Source: Phoronis australis
Lineage: Eukaryota; Animalia; Phoronida
Assembly (NCBI GenBank): GCA_002633005.1
Contig: NMRA01000029.1
Location: 1,345,796-1,409,795 of the forward strand
DNA length: 64,000 nt
Reading direction: 5' to 3'
Shown: piece after piece, positions 1 to 12,735 of the stretch
How positions within the stretch are numbered: the first letter of the stretch is position 1
How the letters are laid out: each line of letters opens with the position of its first letter
The notes under the pieces: generated by a model
Database searches by the model: none
The model's input: only the letters and a program-made list of their open reading frames with translations
Told to the model about the DNA's origin: nothing
Made by a program: the position numbers and the translations under genes

Positions 1-1214
1 CCCAAACATGTATTACCTGTTATTTCCACACATTCAGTTGTACCAAATATTACAACCCCCCATGCCAATCCGCCCTCGGGACCTGAATAAGTAATTTAAC
101 AAAATGACTTTAAAAATAGCTGATCCTTTTCAAAGGTTTTGTTCGCAGTCTCCAATATTGAAAGTAGGCTTTGACAACAGATCTGCACTGGATGGGAAGA
201 TCTTGTTGGTTAGTTGCAGTCAAATGCTAAAAAACAATTTTTGTCCATTCAGGGACGGTGCAGAAGCGCTGCATATCTCCTCTGCACGGTACAAGCCTTC
301 ACACCTAAAAACCAAAAGTTACGTGAAAACTGACGTGACAGATTTCCATTTCAACGTGTAATAGATTTCCAGAAGACATATGATAGGGAGTAAACAAATA
401 GTCTAATGCAATGGATATTTATCACTCACGTACCCTTTGCCATTGGGATTGGATTGTAATCTTAAATAAAATTTAACCTGTATCGAGTTGACAGCATAAA
501 TTTTCAGCATTGATTGATGTAACTGTCACTGATAAGCTTTTAGAAATCATTCCAAACAATAATAATGCTTTGATGTACGAAAAGATCCCGATTGCTACGT
601 CCAGTATCGTATCACATATCACAACATACAAAGATTAACCAGACTCTGGCTGGCGACTGACTGCCACGAAGTCGACATCGGCGAGTGCCTCAGTTAACAG
701 GCATCGGTAGAATAATCATGGAATAATCGTTAAAATGATCACAAACCTTACCTTTGTATGAGGTCGTGCTTACTTCCCCTCATAGAAGCACCCTTTTTAC
801 GCAATCTCAGATTCAGTTGGCACGGCTGCAAGCCATTTCACCATGTATTTAAATTGCTCGCGAAATCGAGGCTGTTAATCTATCACCACTAGTACACGCA
901 CGCCCTCTTGTTGTTGTAGATTTTCCGAATAGCCCCATTAAGGCCGAGATATGACAATTTCCATTTTTGGCAGCGGCCATTTTGGATTGTGTGCATAGCA
1001 CCCACCAGGGACACATTTTGTTTGTCGTGTTTTTTATTTATGTTAAACATTTCACTAAGACTGTACCAAATTGCAAAAACTTGTCACAAAGTGCTCGATT
1101 TTGATAAATTTCCTTCCCGCTCTTGCGCAGAAGGCATCAAACGCTATCCGCTCGTAAAAACTTTAAAAAGACCACAAATTAACACTCATCAAATAAGAAG
1201 TTTCGGAAAATTAC

Positions 1215-1409
1215 CACAACAGATTCCGACGATTTCGATGCTGACGTGTTTCACGATGTAAAGCGCTTGTAAATCGACTTTCCACCAAGAACTACTGTCT
1301 TCGGTAGTTTTGGAGCACGTTGAAAGTGTGTCGTCTATCGCCAGAGCAGCATAAGATACATCCCTGGTGCTTGACTGTTCGGCGGGCTTATCGAGCAAGT
1401 AAATGGCAT
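1215..1409 (-). CDS. Gene A exon: F-type lectin (FTP)-like domain 2, N-half
   Basis: ttgaag|AT...TGT TGT G|gtaatt, 195 nt, phase 1-1; DAIYLLDKPAEQSST...ALAIDD...TCSKT...SSWWKVDL...GICC matches the FTP pattern KPAxQSS / AxDG / WWxVDL / CC. Confidence 0.85.
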
Positions 1410-1437
1410 CTTCAAATATGGAAAGCATTGTCATGAC

Positions 1438-1439
<2 letters not shown>

Positions 1440-1498
<59 letters not shown>

Positions 1499-1500
1499 AT
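1440..1500. repeat. (CA)n microsatellite
   Basis: Directly visible; a second, shorter (CA)n tract lies at ~1735-1770. Confidence 0.98.
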
Positions 1501-1738
1501 CATTGTATTTCATATAGTGCTTTAAGACATCAAACAGTTATTGTGTTGAGAAGTGCAAATTGGCCTCTGGGGCTGAGACATGAAAGCTGTAAGGTATCAG
1601 ACCTTGTTTTATGTTTTGGCTCAATGGAAGCAAAAGAACCTTACACAGGCAGTATACAAACAGATGCACTCGCGCACTTACATACAAGCGCACACGCACA
1701 CACACGTACCTACCCAGCCAGCCGCCCACCCGACACAA

Positions 1739-1769
<31 letters not shown>

Positions 1770-1803
1770 CATATATCACTGGAACGTGGCTAGCTAGACC
1801 TAC

Positions 1804-2052
1804 CTTGTTGTCTACTATCTTCGAAACTCGCCCACAATTGTTTACCATGGATTTGTATTGAACAAAGCTGTAAAGAAGTCTTTATTCCATTAGACTTGAA
1901 AGTCACGAAGCGTCCATAAGTGTGCGGTGGGCAGCTGACGTGAGGTACAACTCTGTCTTGGTTTGATGTTCTATAGGTGCCGCACAGACAGTCGTCCATC
2001 GATGGAGTGGTCGATTTCGACAGAGTTATAGAAATAGTTTTTTCCTTAGAAT
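1804..2052 (-). CDS. Gene A exon: F-type lectin-like domain 1, C-half
   Basis: tcgcag|AT...CAA G|gtaggt, 249 nt, phase 1-1 (an alternative donor gtaaac near 1846 is possible); DSKEKTISITLS...CG...C...YGRFVTF...LQLCSIQIHG matches the FTP GRYV...LxLCEVxV motif and parallels exon 25229-25453. Confidence 0.8.
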
Positions 2053-2204
2053 CTGCGAAATATATCACATGAGTATCTACTTCTTCGCTGCTGAACTCGA
2101 CACCATATTATTGCCACCGTCACTGCATTAAATAGCCAAAGCAATATTCAACCCCGTTCTGTGTGATTTCTATCAAAACAGATATTGCATAATTACCATT
2201 TCCC

Positions 2205-2635
2205 CACAGGCATCCTCAGCTTCTGACCGTCTCCAACACACTATACATGTATATACTACAAGGTATGACACTCGGGACTAGGAATTCCACGGGTGCTTCA
2301 TTTCAGCCGTCCATATCAAACACAAAACTCAATAAATTTACACAAAACAGGGTTCAACAAACCATGAGCAATTGCTCTTTCTTTTGATAGCGTTTACGGT
2401 GTCCTGCTCCAGCGAGTTCGCAACAAATTCGGGGTCAAAAAATCTTTCCAAAAATCCGATGCCTACTGTCAATGTCCCCCAACAATTTCTCATGCTTGGC
2501 TGAACCCCGATTTATGTGAATTTATTGAGTTTTGTGTTTGATATGCACAGCTGAAGTGATGCACCCGTGGAATTCCTTGTCACGAGTGTCATTATATAGT
2601 GTATTGTGGACGATCAGAAGCTGAGGACGCCTATG
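2205..2635. mobile_element. Foldback/MITE with ~160 bp imperfect terminal inverted repeats
   Basis: cacaggcatcctcagcttctga...ggaattccacgggtgc...caaacacaaaactcaataaatt at left is mirrored by aatttattgagttttgtgtttg...gcacccgtggaattcc...tcagaagctgaggacgcctatg at right. Confidence 0.8.
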
Positions 2636-2966
2636 CATTTCCGCTGTCTGATAGAAGCATTAGTGAACAGATGTGCCCGGAGTGTACACATTACACATAT
2701 CTTCGAGTGGAAGAGTAGGTATTCCTGAAGTGTCACTTGTTTGTTAACCCGTCAATATTTGTTGCAAGAAGTCGATAGAAGTCTGTTGAACTATGCTATA
2801 TTAGCGATTCCCATTTCTACGCCAGCGTGGGACCGCATTCTGTGGTTTTGAATGGAAAAGGTACATCACTAACGAAAAAGGGTTTTGTCTACTAACAAGG
2901 AAGTTGCAAGAAAAGGAAAAGATACACGCCCGTTTCAGCAAAATGTCGTATTTAACGACGCATTCA

Positions 2967-3989
2967 CAGTGGCGGATCAAGGATATCACAAGGGGGGCCC
3001 AACACTTTGTCTGAAAACATTTGTGCAACGCACGATTAGATGCGCATAGCACCGAATGGGGGGGAGGTCGGGAGGGGGTTCCGCCCACCTCCCGCCTAGG
3101 AAAATTTTTCTGTTTTTCCTCTAAAAATCAAGCATTTTCCTTGATTCCTGAAGTATTATCCAAGAAAAAAGGCAAAGAAAAAGAAAAGAAAAAAGAAAAA
3201 GAAAAACGGCACGTGTCAAACATGAAAAAGGGCAATGACCACATACTCGAACTCACGATCTGACGATTAGTGCGCGCGTGCTTTACCAATGTACCACCAC
3301 GACTTCACTCACGTTCTTAATAATGAGAGATCTAGTTGTTTATGGTCCACAGCGTTTGCGCGCGAAACCTACTTCCTTTTGTAATGCTTATTACACTTTT
3401 TATATTTGTGCAATCAGTTCGTAACAAGTTTTTTGTATTTAAAATAGTCTTCAATTGCCCAAAAGACCAAATCCGTTTTTTGTGTTGGCATTAATGACGC
3501 GATTGCTTTGGAAATCGTCTTAAGTTAAGGTTTGACAAAGAGAGAATTATGAGTTTCTGAGTGATTCACTAAGGCTTCGATTAAAATTGACATCTTAGCA
3601 GCAGCTTCTGGTTTTTCATCTTCACTCAGATACCATCTTCTTTAAAAAAAGGAAGTAATTTTCTTCATTGCACAGTGAAGCAGACGACGGAAACGGAGTC
3701 GTAGTGCGCAGCGCCACTGCCGGTCGCCTGGGATATCGGGGGAGAGCCTACATGTATAATTAGCCATAGTTTCGTTGACACTTGAAATTGGATCTGAGCC
3801 CCCCCCCCCCCCAAACACATTAAAACTGCACACATTTAAGTCTTGTTTTCGCAGTATAATGTTAATTACCGGCCGGGTTAATTAATAAACTCAACATTTC
3901 CCTAAGTTCTTGCTTTTTTATCTTTTACGGCAGCCAAGGGGGGGGGGCTGGGCCGGGCCCCCTGGGCCCCCCCTATAAATCCGCCTATG
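2967..3989. mobile_element. Non-autonomous DNA transposon with CAGTGGCGGAT...ATCCGCCTATG termini and 5-bp TSD ATTCA
   Basis: Short TIRs, G/C-run subterminal tracts, ATTCA at 2962-2966 and 3990-3994. Confidence 0.7.
3242..3302 (-). repeat. tRNA-derived (SINE-like) head remnant
   Basis: Minus strand reads TGGTACATTGG (A-box-like)...GAGTTCGAGT (B-box-like) at tRNA spacing; no intact cloverleaf. Confidence 0.4.
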
Positions 3990-5870
3990 ATTCATATAGT
4001 CTAGACGGAGACTTTGGTATATACAGTAAGGCACCAGCCTTACTCTGTATGCCATCTGAAATTATACAAATGCGATCGTATCTATTACATTTTTGACCTC
4101 TGATACTTCTTTCTTCCTTCCAATATATGTACGTGTATTCATCATTGGGTTCGCGTTTTCTTGCCAGCTCTCTTTTACCAACATTGCCTTTTCGTTTTGT
4201 TGCCATAATGTCATGGTTCATTCGTCGATTTGTCGCAAGTAAGAACTAAACGCTTTTTCATTCGAAAGCATTTGTCAATCAGAGAGCAGGCATACCAGTA
4301 GTCTTGAAATAATATAAAAAGATGTATCAATCCTGTGGGGATCATGAGGTCATACGGACTGGAGAGCCATAAGGTAAGGTACATATATCCTGATAAGCCC
4401 CCCGGATCGGGCTACATGTACATGCATACATGTTTTTGTCTTATTACACGGCCACCGATGCTATCCCTGATTTGTTGATGGGCTTGTTCTTATCTGCATC
4501 AATGAAACGACATCTTATGCTCGCTTCGTAATCAGGATGTATCTTGCTGATTCGTTTCCTGAGCAGGAGCTAAAAAGGGATAATTATATCGTGGGAGGAA
4601 ATATGATGAAATACAGAAACGCATTTCTAGTTGGTAGAAACAGCCCCGTTTAATCGTGGACGAAGATGGAGGCCACATTAAACATAGCCAGCCAGCTAGC
4701 TGTATGAAAACTATCGTCAAAATACAGCTAGGTACCACTACGTGTTTTTCTTCCACAGACCCCGAAATTGCACTCAGCCATGGTAGTTCTGCTCGTCAAC
4801 TAGCCGTTAAACCTGTATCAGCATGTAGAGCTAAAGACCGGACGGGGTGCATGCAAAATCTGGAAATCAACCGACACTCACCTTAGCCGTTACAACCGTT
4901 TAAGTGAAAAACAATGCTACAATAGTCATTTTCTTGCGTCATTCTCGACAATGAAAAGTATACGTTGTTGTTTTGAAAAGAGTACGCTCGTGTCACGCGC
5001 ACGCGCCATTTCCTGAATTTTTGTGACAACTTCGCAGCAGGAAAATTTGTTCTGAAATTCGGTTTTTCGGTATCGAAATTTTAAAATTTTATAATGAAGT
5101 GACACCAGTTCCAATAATTCGTTGTGTCGTGTACGCAACCTTGTGAAAGAACAACAGTTGACTGAAGAATCGGCGAAAAAGAAACTGGCCAATAGGTGAC
5201 GCAATGTTTCATGGCGCCGAAAGCCGACGCGGAAGATCGCTCCAAAACTTAAGCAGCAGAATAACGGTAGAACGCCAGTTTTTGCAACACCGTTAAATAA
5301 TTTAGTTTACTCAAAGGAGACAGTAGTTTTTAATGACACTAATTTTGAGTCAGATTCTATCTTACCACTTTGACCCACATCGGCGCAAAGCTGTATATTT
5401 AGTATACAGCTTTGTAGCAAGGCTACATTAAACACAGACTGAAATAAACGAGCTTCCTTTTGATTTTTTTTACCGGATATATTTAATTTCGGTTACTGCA
5501 TTGCTGATAAATTACTTGTCAAAAAGTGGCTCACTTTTTGGACACCTGATATACGTACCTCGTACGGAAAATGCTAAATATTGACTATTGTATCGAATGA
5601 GCGTGGAATCAAGATCATCTTCAGTGGTCGCCGTAGTGTCCACGAATTTTTAAGTGTTAGGTTATGCGGGACAAACACCACCACTCACTCCATTATGACA
5701 CGGCAACCATTTTGTGACATATGTTGTCACCCAGTCGACAATATGTGTCGAGTGTGACAATGTATATTACAATAAACACTGGCAACACGATAAGTAACAG
5801 CCCTGCAGTTGTGGAAATTAGCGTTACAAAGTGTCTAAATCACGGCGAGTGATCAACGAAAATACTTTAC

Positions 5871-6065
5871 CGCAACAACCCTTCGAGTATTCCACCGATA
5901 CCGATTCAACGACGTGGAAAGTTTCCAAGTCCAATCTCCACCATGATGAGTTCCCTTGTGCTGTCTCAGCGCACGTTTGCTCGAGTCCATCGGTTGCTAG
6001 TTCTGCTTTCAAATCTCGGTAAGTACTCGACTGATCTGCAGGCTTTTTACTGATGTCAATTATAT
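5871..6065 (-). CDS. Gene A exon: F-type lectin-like domain 1, N-half
   Basis: ttgcag|AT...TGT TGC G|gtaaag, 195 nt, phase 1-1; DIIDISKKPADQSST...LATDG...TCAET...SSWWRLDL...KGCC. Confidence 0.85.
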
Positions 6066-6550
6066 CTGCAAAACTTATTCTTTGTTCATGTATTATGATG
6101 CCATGTGCTCATACACTTGAACAAATCCAAAATGGTTCGAATTGTAAAGTGTTCTCACCCAGAAGTTCATCTAACGATTCCACACAAAATGATGCTGATC
6201 ACGTACATTTAGCGAGCCCTCTCACAGAATGAGCTGATCTACTCCAAAATGGGATATCATTTGAAAATTTATCTCAAATTCATGATACCTGTAAATAGTG
6301 CTAACTTACTTAACACGTTATTTAGAAATTTAAGGCTATTTAACATTAATATTTCATCACAAATGTCTGATTTTTCGATTAGATAGAATTGAGAATTGGC
6401 CTTGTAAGAGATTCACGCTTGGCGCTTACCTTAAGAATTCAAACTAGACAGGATCCCACCGTAACCCGACGCCTCGGAGGCATTTACATTCACGTCCACT
6501 TGACCGATTGGCTGGCATTCGGGTCAAATCGATTGAGAAAAACAACTTAC

Positions 6551-6635
6551 CTGCAGAATGGGGGTGGATTGACAGGAGAGCTGTTAAGGCTAAAAGTGTG
6601 GTGACAAAAATGTGGTTTGCAATTGCTTGATGCAT
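6551..6635 (-). CDS. Gene A first coding exon: signal peptide
   Basis: ATG at 6635; MHQAIANHIFVTTLLALTALLSIHPHSA-G has a hydrophobic core and ends at a consensus CAG|gtaagt phase-1 donor that is in frame with the 6065 acceptor. Confidence 0.7.
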
Positions 6636-7450
6636 GATCTTTGTGAGTGCACGAGCTCGTAAACACAGACGAGAGTCGAATGGACCAAGAATCTCACATT
6701 CTCGTGAAGGAAGTGACTGTGACTTTAAATCACGAGCATAGACGCGAGTTACCACAAAGTGCACAAGTCTACGGTTCAGAGTTGAGCATGCTTACTACGT
6801 GGGCACTCATGGCGTAGATAGCCATGAAGAGTAAACGAGCCAATTTTCACGTCCGTTGGCCCCAAACAATCAACCAAAAACTTCACTCAAAACAGTTAAA
6901 TGGAGAATCCTATATTCGTCTAAGGGTTATGACATGGGCAAAACCTCTTGGAAATTTCGTCAAAATCCCAAGGCTCCACGAGTCTAAAACTTTCAACCAC
7001 ATGACGTCACTTTTGTAAAAGCACGCTTGCGCAATGTAAAGTACTTTTTGTTAATAGTTTTATCTTAAACTTGACAATTGCAAATTGCATTCGGCTTTCG
7101 TAACAATTATCAAGTTAGACTCTAATAAATGGTCTTTAAAGTTGTAACATTAAAAGTTTACAAATGTTTATGAATAACAGTCAGCAAGGCTTCCCCGCGC
7201 GTGAGTACCGAGTTGACCTTCAAGTTGAGACAGCACAGCTAACAGAGTCTCACTGCGATTCTTGAAATGGGGTTCGTCTCCTTTTGAATAAACGTGGATA
7301 TGGAATTCGTTGCCGAAGATGTGTACGTTTAAGACGTTGTTTGCATGTCCTTCCTACTCATAGCTGTTAGACACTGGGGCATTTTTGTAAGTTTTTTCTA
7401 GAATGTGATGCGCACATACATGTAATTACGTGGCTAATTCTTTTCTCGTT

Positions 7451-8240
7451 GAAGGCGAAGGCAACACTTTTTCATGATATTTTTAGCAAAAATAAGGTTC
7501 GTTGATCATCTCAGGTATGTTTTTCAATTACTTAAGCTTTTTGTAATTTAAGCAATTACTCTTCTTCTGCTCCGGAGGTGACGTTTTGACATGTCACACT
7601 GTTGCTGCGTACCGAGATGTACTCATTACCGTCTCATGGACAGAAGAACAACTATCTCACTTGCCCGAGTGTCTCGCGACACACTCCCAGTGGATAGTGA
7701 CCTATGAGCACACAAACAGCTTACATGCCGCCGTGTGACTCCCTCACCACACTCCTGGTACCTTTTAAGTAGCTCCAATACTTTAGACAAGTCCAAAATA
7801 AACTTATCAAAATTTAAATAGCTCACCGATCTTTTCATTGAACGGCGAACTGTCCTCTTCACTGGGTGTCAAACTGGGCCTGTATTCACTCCCACTACTT
7901 AACATCGCAACAGGGCTGCTTACAGGCTCTGGGCGATAATGAGTACGCTGCAACCGTGTGGCATGTTCACTGACTCGTAAACAAAAGCAAACGACGACCG
8001 AACTTATCGCAACCGAGGTAGAACAATAACTGAATCGACAGCTCCCACAGTGAGACTACATATATATGAAAAGAAATTGGCGAGAAATTCTTGCCTATCA
8101 AAACGTCACTTCCGGAGTAGAGAAGGAATAATCAATTAAATTACGAAAAGCTGTAATTAAGTGAAAAGTATGTCTGGGATAATCAACGAACCTTACTTTT
8201 TTACTCAAAACGACATGAAAAATATTGCCGTCGTCTTCAA
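7451..8240. mobile_element. Non-autonomous Kolobok-like element with long TIRs and a THAP-start remnant
   Basis: gaaggcgaaggcaa...ccggaggtgacgttttga at left mirrored by tcaaaacgtcacttccgg...ttgccgtcgtcttcaa at right; same family as the element starting at 52520; contains a CCCVPxC-coding remnant at ~7600. Confidence 0.65.
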
Positions 8241-8813
8241 ATATCAACTGGGAGCNGACCTATGAGCACACAAACAGCTTACATGCCGCCGTGTGACTCC
8301 CTCACCACACTCCTGGTACCTTTTAAGTAGCTCCAATACTTTAGACAAGTCCAAAATAAACTTATCAAAATTTAAATAGCTCACCGATCTTTTCATTGAA
8401 CGGCGAACTGTCCTCTTCACTGGGTGTCAAACTGGGCCTGTATTCACTCCCACTACTTAACATCGCAACAGGGCTGCTTACAGGCTCTGGGCGATAATGA
8501 GTACGCTGCAACCGTGTGGCATGTTCACTGACTCGTAAACAAAAGCAAACGACGACCGAACTTATCGCAACCGAGGTAGAACAATAACTGAATCGACAGC
8601 TCCCACAGTGAGACTACATGTATATGAAAAGAAATTGGCGAGAAATTCTTGCCTATCAAAACGTCACTTCCGGAGTAGAGAAGGAATAATCAATTAAATT
8701 ACGAAAAGCTGTAATTAAGTGAAAAGTATGTCTGGGATAATCAACGAACCTTACTTTTTTGCTCAAAACGACATGAAAAATATTGCCATCGTCTTCAAAT
8801 ATCAACTGGGAGC
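7699..8813. other. Probable assembly artefact: 557-bp near-identical tandem duplication across a single N
   Basis: 7699-8255 is repeated at 8257-8813, separated by the n at 8256, with only a few SNPs. Confidence 0.85.
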
Positions 8814-10339
8814 ATAGGAACAAGTATCTGTCTTAAATCTTATAAGCGATTTTCATGAAACAGGTCCCATACTTTAAATCGGTCGCCCCGTACGCTGCCT
8901 AGAAACGTAAGTTCTGAGCTCTTGCTAGACGTTTTGCCTACCTTTTGCCACCCGCCCTAAAACCAGACAGCAAACCTGCATTCGCACGCTCTGTTCCCCA
9001 ACAATACCATATTACTGGCAAACATAATATCATCGTGCATTTCAATGTAATGGTCATTACTCCTTTGACCACAGATATATGTTAGAACTCGTTTATGAAG
9101 GTTCGTTTTAAAAAGTTGATCTTTCTGCGACCAAACGACCTATAAATGTACCAATTATCCCAGTTGTCTTTCGTGTCCGTGAATACTCCATGAGCAGACT
9201 GTTTGTCATGTGCGAGTTTGCTAAAAACAACTCCTAGGATCTTCCAAAGAAATACTATTCTTAGGATACTGTAAGAGAAAGCATTGACACGTCCTTATAA
9301 AATGATCGAAAATACTACTTAGTTTCGTTTTATGAAAAGGGAATTTAGCAAAAGTGCAAAGCCTCTGAGAATGTAGACATCAATGCTACCTACAGAACTA
9401 ATTACGCAAAATTGCATGTACTTGGTTAAACCTTTACTCAGCAATTGGGAAATGGAAGCGCAAGACCTATTTCTGTCTTAAAGCCTGTCTTAAACAAAAA
9501 CAACTGTAAATTGCTACAGTATGTTAAAAGCATCTCTCTGATCCCACTAGTTCCATAAATTGCCAAATGCAATAGTTGTTAGGCGTATTGGTTTGTTTTA
9601 GTCTACGTCACTGCGAGAATCATCTTTTAATCCAAACAGCTGCAAACAACACCCGCATGCAATGGTGTTCTACTCAGACCCCTGTTCACTACAACTGTTA
9701 TCGGCCTTTCGTTGGTTGTGCTGGGATCTCACGGTGATGCAATCTGGAACGAAAAGGCAGCTTCACCTATCATTTGACAGGCCTACATTTGTGTGATTTA
9801 ACTCGCTTTTCTCATTTTGCTAGCGCTTTGCTATACCTGGTTAACCCAATAAACCTAAAATAACAACATTCCGTTGAAGTTAGGCTTTTTAAACGTCACT
9901 TTTCAAGTAACAGCCTCCTGGTACACACTTCTACTCGCTGTATTCTCTCTTTGCTGAATTGTGCTTCATTATGTATTGATAAAGTCTGTATTTTGGGAGA
10001 ACACAAAAATTAAGATGACAGAAAGGCACTTTTGATTGAAATATCTTCTGATAATAGTGCGTAGCAAATTTTATTGAGACCCATAGGTCATCGCTTTTCC
10101 CGAAAAATACAACTTCAAATCTGCGAAAGATGATGCGTAAAAATTATTTTTCTGACAGGAGCACACCAAAGACAGCAAATATACGTAGACAATGAAAATA
10201 AGCTGAAGGCGACGTCATGTTTGTAATTTTCAAAAACCCCACGTGACTCCTAAAACAAGTGAAATATTAATGGAGGCGCAATAGAAACGAAATATAAATG
10301 AACAAAATTTTATTTAGAATCGGTTTAGATATACACAAC

Positions 10340-10760
10340 TTAAAGGAGAATACCACCCGATTTAATTAGTCTTTTTTGCCGTCTTAATCAGTCTATATCC
10401 ACATCGCCTCGCATACGGTCGACCTTACTTTGCCAAGAGGTGTCGCGTTAACCTGTGAGGAAGGTGAGAATCGACGCTATCGACGTCAGTGGTTCATATG
10501 CAGAGTGAATGCTGCTATGTTGCGGTGCATCGTTACCGCTTGTCCGAACTAAGCAGCTGCGAGGAAAGCGGGTATATCGTTTTTTTACTTCCTCGAAAGT
10601 CCGAAATGCTTAGGAAGTGGCTCATGGTAGTGAAGAATGAAATCTACGCTGTAAATAGCAAGTATGAGGCCGTGAAACATCTCCGTGTCTGTGGCTTGCA
10701 GACGTCGACAGTGCCTGACGAATGCCGGTTTATCAAATAACTCCATACGTTCCGTTGTCT
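10340..10760 (+). mobile_element. Kolobok-like transposon 5' end with degenerate THAP domain
   Basis: TTAA-AGGAGAATACCAC terminus; ORF 10489-10740 has CC...F.LP...LRKWL...LRVCG, the C2CH THAP pattern, degenerate. Confidence 0.55.
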
Positions 10761-12735
10761 GAGCTTGTTCACGGCGCCTCTCTAGTATTTCTTCATCACT
10801 GTATTCCTGTTCGAATTGATAGCCTGTAAAACTTAACGATACTCCTTCGAAGTCGAGACTGATGAGCTCTAGCTCGTCCTAAGTCGGGATTGCGACTGAG
10901 TTGCCATGCTGACGTTTATTACTGAGCGTACTGTTTCAAAATGAATTATTCTCACCCTAACCAATACTTGTATAAAACTGAAACAAAGTCTGTCTCATTA
11001 GATGCAATTTGTAATGCCTTTGGAGTGTTCATGAGTGCATATGATTTGAGAAGCCAGCAATGAATAAATCACTGCGTTGCCGGCTTTAGGTGCAAATAAA
11101 ACTAATTGACGGGACATCGAAGCCGTGTGAGCTCATGCTAATTTAGTGTTTGCTGGCAGAAACTGTTGTGAAACAACTCGATTTCCATCCCACGGCCAGG
11201 TGGTAGGAGAATCCTTATTTACATTTACATTACTCAAATAAAGATTGTCAATGTACAACTTCTGCCGTGACGTTGCTGTGGCCAAAACGGAACCTGAATT
11301 TGCGGCCCTCGACGAGTAAGTAGATTTGCAGTTTCTTGATTAATTCACCAACATGATCAGGTGCACATTACTTTGGCTCACTAGTATAGTATTTTCTTGA
11401 CTAGAAGTTTAGTTTCCACTGAACTTTGGCTGGTTTATGTTCGTGATGTCTGATCAGTTTCCGAGCCACTGGCCGGGATGAACGAGTCAATCCGGCCGGC
11501 CGCCGACGTGCCTGATCGGGCTCCGAGACACTGGCTAGGATTACAAGCGTTTTGAGTTTAGAAATCGAAAAACCACAACTCTAAACAACACAGATCTAGG
11601 TTCTCCTGTCTGTAGCCCACGGAAAATACTTCGACATTATCTCCGAACAGACCCCAAACTCCTGCTACGGACCTTATTGGCCTGCCGATCTTTGTAGGCT
11701 ACGGTGTGTCCAAATACCAATAAATCCATAAGAGCGAAATAAAACAACACGTTTTTATAAGAACTCAGTGTATTTTTAAGGGTTTTACATCGGAGTTTGA
11801 TGATTTATTTGTGTTAAACGATAACTTCAGTAACCCGTGTTGTGAACTGCTGAACAAACTGCGTGTGAAACCGATGACGTCATTGGATAATTTTAACACC
11901 TCCGTCTGCCGTCAGGTGTCAGGTAAGGCAACCGTACGTGTCGTTTTGGAGTAGAACTACTAGATCTAAATTGATACAAATTAGGCTGTTTTTTGGGTGG
12001 CATGCTCCTTAATGTTTACAGTGATGCAAATAATGAATTCTTTAAATAGAATAACTAATGTTACACAACCCTGCGTCTCCAATCAAAACCAAAATAGTGT
12101 GAATCTGAACCCATCTTGTAAATCAAACAAAATGAAGATGAGAGAAAGACGCCGACGGCGGAAATGGAGTGTCGAAGGCTTGAAACTTTTGCCATGCCAA
12201 ATGTAACATATTTGGATATTCGAGGACTTCCAAGCCTGAGCACCTGATGGCGGGTGTCGTAACGAATACTATCGCAACTTCCATAACTTGTTGTTCACTA
12301 TCTAGTAACGCATGTTCATTTTCAACGCATGCAAAATTCAAACTGCTACATGCAGATAAGTTACCTCTGCTCATCGATATGGCTTAGAAAGGTTTAGAAA
12401 TGTAGTACCGGCAGCAACTTTAATAAAAAGTTGGCAACATATAGTAGGCAGATTCTTAATCCATGTGTCTGCAAACGTCTAAGTCACATTTAAAAATGTA
12501 CATTTCGAGCCCCGACGGGTTATAAGAGTACGGGCGTAGCCCTATACATCAAGCTCTCGTAATAAAGCACCTCGCCGAACTTACAGCACTGGTCTAGAAT
12601 CAGTAGCCGTGCTCGCTTTAGCTTTCACTGTCTGCACGTTTGTAGTGAGCTGAAAAACCTCATTGGCGATGTTACTGTATAACCGAATTAACACAAGTTT
12701 CACCTGTTTTATCACATCCGTGTTTCGTCGTCTTG

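Noticed and set aside
1440-1797. ORFs with CVCVCV or HTHTHT runs
   Set aside because: Translations of (CA)n microsatellites in an intron
6160-6510. Extra gene A exons suggested by good donors at ~6430 and ~6158
   Set aside because: All frames contain stops; the 6551->6065 splice already gives a continuous ORF
7699-8813. 557-bp tandem duplication as a biological repeat
   Set aside because: The junction is exactly an N and the copies differ by a few SNPs, typical of unmerged overlapping contig or haplotype ends
9079-9265. ~60-codon open frame after a good minus-strand acceptor, considered as a downstream exon of gene B
   Set aside because: No similarity to polycystin TOP/channel sequence and no matching donor in the terminal exon
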